DNA from: Kudoa neothunni
Lineage: Eukaryota > Animalia > Cnidaria
Reading direction: 5' to 3'
DNA length: 64,000 nt
Assembly (NCBI GenBank): GCA_964304625.1
Contig: OZ199839.1
Span: 2,502,258-2,566,257 of the forward strand
Positions 54,791 to 64,000 of the stretch are shown here, in pieces (position 1 is the first letter of the stretch; each line of letters begins with the position of its first letter). The notes beneath the pieces were generated by a model. It searched no databases. It saw only the letters and a program-made list of their open reading frames with translations, and had not been told where the DNA came from. Made by a program: the position numbers and the translations under genes.

Positions 54791-55135
54791 GGTAAATTAA
54801 TACGCATGCGTGCGCACATGTGAAAGTTTTTGTCATATCTTAGTTGATATCAGGTGGCGCCTGGGAGTATCTTTAGAACGGACCCTACCGAATCTTCCGC
54901 AAAGCTTTTATTGCAGCATCTATGGTTTGGGTCATCTCCTTTCTTTATCGTCCTTTCTTACAACTCGTGTTTATTCTATGTGTCAGCAGCCACCAAATTG
55001 CGTATCCTATATGCTTGATCTTGAGGTAAATATTAGATGAAAACATATAAAATAATGGATCGGTCGTACGTAATCCCGACCCCGGTAGCATTAGTACGTA
55101 CGTCTGCGCATGCGCGAGAAATATTTAAAACAGTT

Positions 55136-55318
55136 CAGTGATTCCCAACTAAAACTGGACTCGCACCCCCATTTTTAGACATTCGAAATTCACTTCCCCT
55201 TTTGCACACAATAAGGTGTAACTGACTTAAAATTTATCATAAATTATTTTCAATTTTGATCGGATCTCGCGCCACCTGAGACCAAAGCTCGAAACCCCCT
55301 GAGATGCGGGCACTCCTG
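55136..55318 (+). mobile_element. Short hAT-type MITE (MITE-B), copy 2
   Basis: CAGTGATTCCCAACTAAAACTGGACTCGCA... closely similar to 26286-26456. Confidence 0.6.
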
Positions 55319-56452
55319 ACTTAAACAAAAAATCTGGCTACAACTTAAATATTACTGAAAACCCGATATTTTTTTTATTTAAAAATACTATTTAAAATTG
55401 AAAAAATATCCAAAACAGAAGAAGATATTAACTCCCGCTTCTTTAAAGCCATGCTCTTTAATATTGTTGCTAAACTCTTCTAAATAAAATAACGCTGTCT
55501 TTGAAATGTTCATTGTTTTATTAATAAAATCATCTTACGTTTCTGATTCTTGGGGGAGAGGATGTCATTGCGACATTGTTACTATCATGAATTAGGGGGG
55601 ACGTCACTATAAACCACATTACTACATTTCTACAACATGTGTCTAGGTTTATCCTCCGTTTCATAACTTTTTGTCACATTGATGTAATTATAAAAATTAA
55701 CCAATTGTCTAACTTTGGTAGAAAAATGGAAAAACGCTTAATTTAATCATGTGGTCAAAGCAAAAAAAAGGTACGTACGACCGGTCCACTATTGTATGCG
55801 TTACACATATTTAGAAATTTGGCTTTTTAAAATCATTAAATTAAATAGGTACCCGTGTCAAGTCTTCAAAAATTCTACAAGTACAAATTACTCTTTATTT
55901 AAAACGGCATCAATGCAACGTTACTCACGCCTATGTGGGAGTTTTACTAAGTCCGGCCTTGGCCTAACAGGAAATTATGTGTCCCCAAAGCACACTAAAT
56001 AATAAATATTGATATTATATTTTTGGTTATATGATAGATTTTCTCACGAATTTTTCGAAAATAATTTTTAATCCCAGGCACTTGGTATTTATGAGGGTTA
56101 ACTTTCGATCCGGTTCAAGAAGTTTATGCAGCATTCATCTTTGTAAAAATTTCACTTACTCTCATTGAAAACTATATTCACACTGACGAATCCATTATAC
56201 ATCAGATTAATTTTTTCCAGAAATTTGGATAAAGTTTGATACAATTTAGCAATAAAGGGATAGAATAAGACCTACATGAATAAACTTGACTGAAATCGAC
56301 TATTCATAATGTGTCATGCATCAAAGTTTTGCTGAAGAAATTTTTAATGCGCCAAAATTCATGAAAAAACGAATTAAACTAATTTAATACGAATGTAAAA
56401 TAATTATAATAGTGTGATAGGGTTAAATGAGATAGATTAGCTGTGAAGTGCT

Positions 56453-57488
56453 CTACTCATCTGAAGTAGCCCACGGATTATTAATAACTATATCCCGAGA
56501 CTGAAACAACGTTGTTTGTAAATTAATATCTCTATGTTGATATTATTAATTTTTTGAGGCGAAAATAAAACTCACCCTATACACGAAGGAGAATCTGGCT
56601 CATCGATAAATTCGAAGTATTGCAAGAAATTGGTGGGACACGCAAGGGCGGTATAGCAGTAGACCAAGTAATCATTCTCTACGCGCCTTGATCTATAACT
56701 ATTTGCGATTTTTCTAGCATTTATCCTACACTAAATAAAATTTTGAGTAATAATATTCTATTAACCAATTACATATATTCTTTGTAGAAAGTCACGGTAT
56801 CTTTCTCCACAATAAAACAACATCACATTTCTTGCAGCATTTTCATTTCGAAATATGATTTGGTTAATTTTTCCAAAATACTTAATATATATATAAATAT
56901 ATAAATGAGGAATAAAAAAATCTGTTACTGCACACAAAACACAATTCATCTCGTATTCGATCAACTTTACTAAAAAATAAATCATATTAAATAAGGATAC
57001 AGTTATCAAATACAAACATTTAATTTGAAATATATAAAAATAATTTTTCTCATTAATGAAATGTATTATAAAAATTCATAACTTTTGCCATCGAAACACT
57101 TGCTACGACCTTCACAATACTCTCTACGAATTGTGGAGACGTTGGCTAACGTCTCAATCGTAATATTTATTAATGATAAACGACGACTCTAAAGAATTTT
57201 AACGAAAATATTTCAACTATTGTACTACATCTAGTCTATATTTCATTCGACTACGCGATATCATGGCTTGAGTACGGTTGATGAGTATATTTTTTGTTTC
57301 TTCGCTCAGACGATTGTAACTGGGAGGTGGAAACTAGAAAATCTCACTTTTAAGAATCACAGATATAAATTTACAGGAAAATCTGAAAAAGCTACATTTA
57401 AATTAAGATTAATGTGAATGGCCCCTAAATGACATATAACGTTGTTAACACAATGAAATGTACAGACAAAAATAAAAATTAGGATCAT
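56453..57488 (-). CDS. Novel secreted 8-Cys protein, copy B (8 exons)
   Basis: MILIFIFVCTFH|WAIHINLNLNVAFSDFP|FPPPSYNRLSEETKNILINRTQAMISRSRMKYRLDV|SRRLSLINITIETLANVSTIRREYCEGRSKCFDGK|IKLIEYEMNCVLCA|YFGKINQIIFRNENAARNVMLFYCGERYRDFLQRIY|CRINARKIANSYRSRRVENDYLVYCYTALACPTNFLQYFEFIDEPDSPSCIG|DINLQTTLFQSRDIVINNPWATSDE*. Confidence 0.8.
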
Positions 57489-59171
57489 CACCAATTATTT
57501 TTCTCTTTCTACTGCGGAGTCGCAACTGTATTGTATTTATATGTAAGTTATCTTATTTATTTATTGGATAATAATTTTTTTATCTATATCTTGATTTAGA
57601 TTGCAGTGTAAATTTAATTCTAAGGTTATTTCGAAGCAAGCATCCGTGACTATGATGTCCGATTACGATTCATACGTGAATAAATAAACTAATGTTAGTT
57701 AAACAGATTATTCTAATAAAAGGTTCTTCTTGCATAGTATTCATTTGAACATGTTAACACTCATAGAAAATTAAAATATCAATATCGTATTCACATTATT
57801 AATTCAATTATCTTTATCCTCCATCAATTCCGAATAAAATGTTATTTCAATTTTCAAAAGTACTAATTTCATAAATATGTTAGACAATAAAGTGTTATTA
57901 ATTTAATCACAATGGTTAGACTGCAAAACAATGGCAGATTTTGCCGATTAAAAATTATTATTGACAACTCTAGCATTAACCCATGTACGATAACCTTGGG
58001 CTCCACGAGTCCGATGCTATACTACAAGGATTAATCCTACCGTATTAAATTAGACTAGTATGACGCTTTGATCGAACAATTTATGGTAGGATTGATAACA
58101 TTTCACTTAATTAATTATTTTATGTAGTCGTAGGTTAAAAATTATCTACAATTAAACAACTAATGATTGTAAAAAATATGGAATTCTTATTCTTGTAGAT
58201 AAGGAATTAATAATAGCCAATCGATAACGATGGATTGCTGCAATACAAAAAAATCATAACCACGCTCATATTTTAAGATAAATAAAAGGATGCTTTACTT
58301 GATCGATTAATTGGTATGGTCTGTTGAAAATATACGAGTGGTTAGGAGTCAAATATAATCGATTATAACAACTATTATTGATAACAAATAGAATGTCGAT
58401 TGTAAACTATTGCTGATGCAACACTGATAAATACAAAAAAAATAAATAATCAAGAGGGTCGGTTTTTATCGTTTTCGCAGATTTTTATTACGACTACTTT
58501 TCTGCAGTTCAACTTATTTTTTTTAGTTAGCCTTAGAAAATCCATTTACCACGTATGTAACTCAATGAAGTATTGATCTATCACTTACTCGGCTGAAAAC
58601 TACGGAATATTCATTTTAATGTATTGTAGGCGATTATCGGATATAATCATAGAATTCAAATTTACAATTACACATAAATGCTTGTTATATTCACATCAAA
58701 TTAATTAATTAATTTGTAAATCTTTAGGTACCAATACCTACGAAATTATTCTAACTGAAAGATCCCGCACAACATAATTCCATTGAATAATATATTATTC
58801 TATGAATATATTATTTTTTGTAACACTGGAAGTTTAAAAAGATCGAACTTCTACATTAATTCAAAAATTTTGTGCTGGGTTGATCAATATAATTATTTTA
58901 TTTTTTATTCTGAGCAATTACACTTTAATAACATATCCATTTCAGGTCGAATTAATATTCAGATTTGAGTTTTTGAACTTCAATGAAACTTAATGTAAAT
59001 TAACGAGGGAACCACAGATTATGACCTATATTATTTCTGTTAACAGATCATTGGAATCAATGCTCGTTATATTAGTGTACCATACAAAAAATACTTGTAG
59101 AAGAAATAACGATATAACGGACGAAAATTTATTTAGTATAGTCTAGTTTCAAAGTAAAGTAATTATTGTAG

Positions 59172-60243
59172 TTAGGTGGGATTGTTTAACTGTGGGGTGC
59201 CTGTCCCACCAAAATCAACCCACGGATAATTGATTGGTTGAACTCGCGATCCAAACAACGCTGGCTGTAAAGCATGACCCCTATTGTTAATTTATAACAA
59301 TTTAGGAGAAAAATATTTAACAAACTTACCCCAAACTTGGAGATGAATCTAGTTGGTTTCTAAATTCCACAAATGGTAGGAAATCAGCAGGGCATACGTA
59401 GGAAGCACCACAGTAGAGTGTGTAATCATTCTCCCTGTTTATTCGAGCATGCCTATGTGCGGCAGTTCTACAGTCATAATAACACTAAATAAATTTAAGA
59501 GTAGTAATATTACGTTAGACGGTTACCATTATGCTTTCTATAAGGTTTTGAGCATTTTCTTCGCAATAGAACATCATCACACTCCTTCCAACATCTTCAC
59601 GATGAAAGAAGAATTTCCTAACTTGTCCAAATATCTAAATATACATTTAGATCTGAATAGAACAAAGATTCTTACGGCACACTCAACACATTTTAACTCT
59701 TGTTCGGTCAAGTTGACTAAACAAATAGTCAGTCACATTAAATTAGGATATTTTATTAAATACATATAACAATTTAAAATAATTAAAACGAATAGATCTC
59801 ATAATTAAATTTTTTATCAAGAGTGGAATCATACCAACCTTTGTTATTGACGCAATTGCTACGACCTTCACAGTAATCCCTGCGAATAGCGGTGTCGTTC
59901 GCGAATCCTTCAATCGTAAAATTTAATATTGATATATTTTGACTCTACAAAATTTAATTAGTTCATTTTAGTTATTCTACTATAACTAATCGCAATATTA
60001 TTCCGTCGCGAACTAAAGCATTTCGGGTGCGGTTAATCAGTATATTTATTGAGTCCTCAGTGAGACGGTTATAACTTCTAGTTGGACGCTAAAAATTCTA
60101 TAATTCGCCAACTAAATTCAAAAACATACAGCAAAATCTGAAACAGCTCCACTCAATTGCAAGTTAGTGTGAATAGCCCCTAAATATCTTAAAGCATTAT
60201 TAACACAATGGAATATACAACAAAAAACAAATATAGCTATCAT
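59172..60243 (-). CDS. Novel secreted 8-Cys protein, copy C (237 aa). Exons 60243-60207, 60179-60130, 60088-59981, 59944-59839, 59716-59676, 59634-59527, 59484-59330, 59280-59172
   Basis: All seven introns are GT-AG and the spliced 714-nt CDS is open: MIAIFVFCCIFHWAIHTNLQ..SYNRLTEDSINILINRT..RRDYCEGRSNC..LKCVECA..VMMFYCEE..CYYDC..ENDYTLYCGASYVCPADFL..GTPQLNNPT*. Confidence 0.82.
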
Positions 60244-63200
60244 CTTCGTCTATTCGTTAATTCTATTCGAGAGTTGCAGCTATAAAATATTTATAGTTTA
60301 ATTTATCTAATGTTTACATTGAATTATAACTTTTTAATCTATATCTTAATATAAATTACAGTTAGTTTAATTTCGAGGGTGTTTCAAAGAAGTGGTTCGT
60401 GATTTTTGGCGCCGACTAAGATTGCTTACGTGACCTAATAAGATGAATTAAATTCAACAAATTTACCATAGTAAAAGGCACATTTTTATTTCAATATCCT
60501 TTAAACTTAACATTTTCATTAACTGAAAATTCAAATAATTTTATATACGAAACATGAATTTAATTTATTCGCTATAAATTCAAAAAGATTAATTAATTAT
60601 TCACAAATTTAGATTAAATAAAATCATTCGGGAATAAAAAATTTAATAATAATTTTAAATAATAATGATTAAGAATGGATACATTGATTATTCATATATC
60701 TAATAAATGATAGTTTATTTTGAAATAATCCTTAATTTAGTCACAGTTAATTTTCTTTTTAGGACAAAATTCTGTGTAGACTAATTAAAGAGAAGTTAAC
60801 AATTTTAAAGTGTTTTTATGCTCGCATTATCCAGTTAATACGCACGCAAATGAATCAGGTGGCAATTAATCTCTAAGTTGAATACTAGGTGATATTCCAT
60901 ATAATATATTATTGAACAATCATGAAAATATTAATAACATTTAACTGTATGTTCTCATTATTAGAAATCTGAATTGAAAAATAATTAGATTCTAATTATT
61001 TAAGTAAAATTATTAAAATTTTTCTCATAGAAGGGATCCATATGACAAGATTCCAAATAATTATATGTATATACTAATGAGTTGGTTGGTTTTGGGAATT
61101 CAAGTTTCTTCAAGATCATAGAATATTTTGTAACGAATCTATTGATGAAACTTTAAATTGATTTTTATCACTGCATGAATAAATATCCAATATTCTATTA
61201 TGGAATAATAACGATAATATATCTAATTATATTACTTAATTATGAAAGTAGCGCGAAGTTTCTAAATCAAGTTTAATATCTCAATTAATATACAGAAAAA
61301 AAAGAAGATAAGTTCACTCATACCAGAAATTTATTTTATTGAATTTTAAAAGGTGAATGATGTTAATTGTAATTTACGCAATATAATTTAATACTTTTAT
61401 TTAGGTCGTTAAAATTAATATTTTTCTCATTATAGATATATATTTTATATTTACAAAATATTACATTGCCAGTATCAAAATAATATTGCATCTATTGAAA
61501 TAAACTTACGGCTTGATTTAATAAGGTAATGGGAATTGGTTAGAACAGCGTCAGTCATGGTGGTCGCTATGGTTTATTTCTCGAGATATTATAATTACCT
61601 TTCATTTATCATTAGAATTTCCGTTGTACGAAAATTAACTAAGATGGTTCTCTAGTTTATTAATTAATATATTATTTGACGTTTTTAGTATCGTTTACAA
61701 TTCTACTTACATTAGAGTGTACAATTTTATAGTAATCCGTTATTTATTCACAGGGTTTTAATTAAATTTCAGATACAGTAACTACTATATTAACGAGGAA
61801 ACTGAAATTTTAGGAAGACATGAATGCCATGGAATTATCCCTTTGTAGTAGAGTAAGTTTATAATCAAGCCATCAATTTAGCTTTTTTTATTTTGTAAGA
61901 AATTTAATTTTTTCAATTGATGTGAATCATTCAATGATTAACTATTTGTTTATTTAGATATAAATTTCACTCGTAGTAAACAAAAAAATTATGAACTAAG
62001 GGACGACAGTTGACAGTTGTTACACCATTATTCATTTCATTTCATTTATTTATAATCAATTATATTTTTAAATATATTCAAATAGATTTAATTAGATAAT
62101 TACTTTCACTATAATTAATTGATTCCTCATCTGAATTTCTATTGATTCATTCATTTTAAATTAAACATTTCTTTTTTGTGACTGTAATTATGTATTAATT
62201 TACATATAAAAATATTTTTTCATGATTAAAATGTAGTAGTAGTTTATATAAAATGAAAATATATGATATTTTTATCATATTATATTTAGAGATGTTGTTT
62301 ATTTGTTTAAATTTTCATTTTCAATTTACTGGTTTTACCTTTTATAGTAAATAATGAATAAAAGTCAATAATTCTATCTTTAAAATTGAATTATATACTT
62401 AAGTAGATTTTTATACTTTAAATTAAAGTTGCGCCTAAAGCTACCACTTAGAGCGCATCCATACATCACTCTGTTTATTTTAAACACAAACTAAAGTTAT
62501 TTAGAAACTACGGTAACTCTACATATTGATCTATTGTTTTATTATTACTGACGTTATTTTTCATTTTGAAGGCTCATTTTATTAATTCAACGAATTTACC
62601 GTAAAAAATATATTTTTTAATCTAGCAATTATGACCAAATTCGATATATAAATTATTTTATCGAATTTTTATTCCATATTTGAATCGTAATGTTAAAAAT
62701 ATATTGTTAAGTTATATTTCAGTATGTCAAATGCCACAATAAGGTTATTGATTTATTAACAATTTATCGAGAACCTATTTATTACTCTGAGAGAAATAAA
62801 AGAAATAAATAGTCGGTAATAAATTTTTAGATAAAGACCACACAACAAAAAACAAGTAAAAATTCTTAAGAAATGGAGGGCCTAAAATGGGAATGAATAT
62901 ATTATTTGGAGTTACCTTGAGGTAATAAATTTTAATTATAAATGCGACGAGTTATCACGCAAACCAATGCTGTTTTAAGAATAGAAAGAAAATGCGTGTA
63001 TAACTTATAAATTTGATTAATAATTGTGGTTTAAAACATTATAACCTATATGGGCTAAAAAATGTTACCGATTATAATTAATTCTTTTACAATTATTAAA
63101 AGCTTATTTTATAAATTTAAAAAATTTTATCAAGGAAAATTGCGAAGAAAACTTAACCGTTCGGTTATTAATCTCTGGTAATTTGAATCTATGAGGTTAA

Positions 63201-64000
63201 ATATTGTTCTCCAAATTTTGTCGAAACAAAGATGAATGCCTGTCTTTGATATCTTTAAAAATTATTTAATTTGTTTAACAATACCTAACACATTTTCAAA
63301 GTCTTGAGACATTAAAATGAATGAATAAACTGTAAATATATTTTTAAAATATTATTTATTATGGATATTACTAATGTGAATAATGTTAAATAGAAAAACT
63401 CACTACATATTTTAGGATAATTGAATTTATTTTTGCTATATTTCTTGATTAGTATTTATACTTTCAGTATAATATTTATTCCTGTTCGTTTATTAATTAT
63501 GAGTTCATTATTCATATGGAAATATTTGGTAATAAGAACATTACGATAATCCTTCATGAAAAATAAGGCAGGGGCCACGTATCGGTCACTAATGAACAGA
63601 AAAAAAAACATGATGAAAAGACTTATAACTCTCTAAATTACTAGAAATCAAAGTAGAGTTCACGAAATTCGGATTGCAACATTTTGCCCTCCAAAATGAC
63701 AAAAAACCTTTACGCAGTGTCTTCATTGATTAAATTTTTCCCATCGACTAAACCCCATTAAATTAAATATCCTTAAATTTAATTTATTTAAATTATATCA
63801 ATGTAAAATTATTAATAAATTTAAATGTGTTATTTTTTTACTAAAAATGTGGAAATAAAAGACTCGATTTGTCTAACGTATGCGAACTCTTCATGAAATG
63901 ATTCCAAATTAGACTATTAAACTACTGGTGAATATTTAACAGAATAGTTAATTTTTGAGCCAAAGTTTCACAAATACAAGATTTTATATATATATAATTT

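Noticed and set aside
50398-56455. Genome-wide TAG codon reassignment
   Set aside because: Long conserved ORFs (RPN1, KANSL1-like) have no internal TAG and SCYL2 appears to end in TAG. Only a local effect remains possible.
59449-59769. 106-aa plus-strand ORF
   Set aside because: It is antisense to exons 5-7 of secreted gene copy C and is not conserved as an ORF in copies A and B.
60600-64000. Genes in the terminal AT-rich 3.4 kb
   Set aside because: No ORF of 60 aa or more, and no repeat or motif I could support. Small-exon genes cannot be excluded without RNA data.

Overview
This is a very AT-rich, compact eukaryotic window whose genes have short GT-AG introns (mostly about 26-120 nt), so the six-frame ORF track fragments most genes. 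A Smad gene indicates a metazoan. The extreme protein divergence and tiny introns suggest a reduced parasite such as a myxozoan or orthonectid (inference only). Recognisable genes are TIM22, SCYL2 (with an expanded N/Q/S/T/F repeat tail), BCAP31, RPN1, a KANSL1-like PEHE protein, HAUS4, a probable cTAGE5/TANGO1-family coiled-coil protein and a very divergent Smad. Between them lie decayed DNA transposons (MULE, pogo/Tigger nested in a Tc1-type MITE, Merlin, piggyBac, hAT-type MITEs) and a tRNA-headed SINE with a target-site duplication (TSD). The most novel item is at about 49.4-60.5 kb and is almost invisible to the ORF track. It is a tandem array of three intact 8-exon minus-strand genes encoding an unrecognised ~230-aa secreted protein with 8 conserved cysteines and 26-27-nt first introns. 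Two of the three copies carry an in-frame TAG followed by a preserved 9-codon tail. An NRF1-like GCGCATGCGC motif marks most gene starts. No rRNA, complete tRNA or CRISPR array was seen. Family assignments come from recalled motifs and manual splicing, not database searches.
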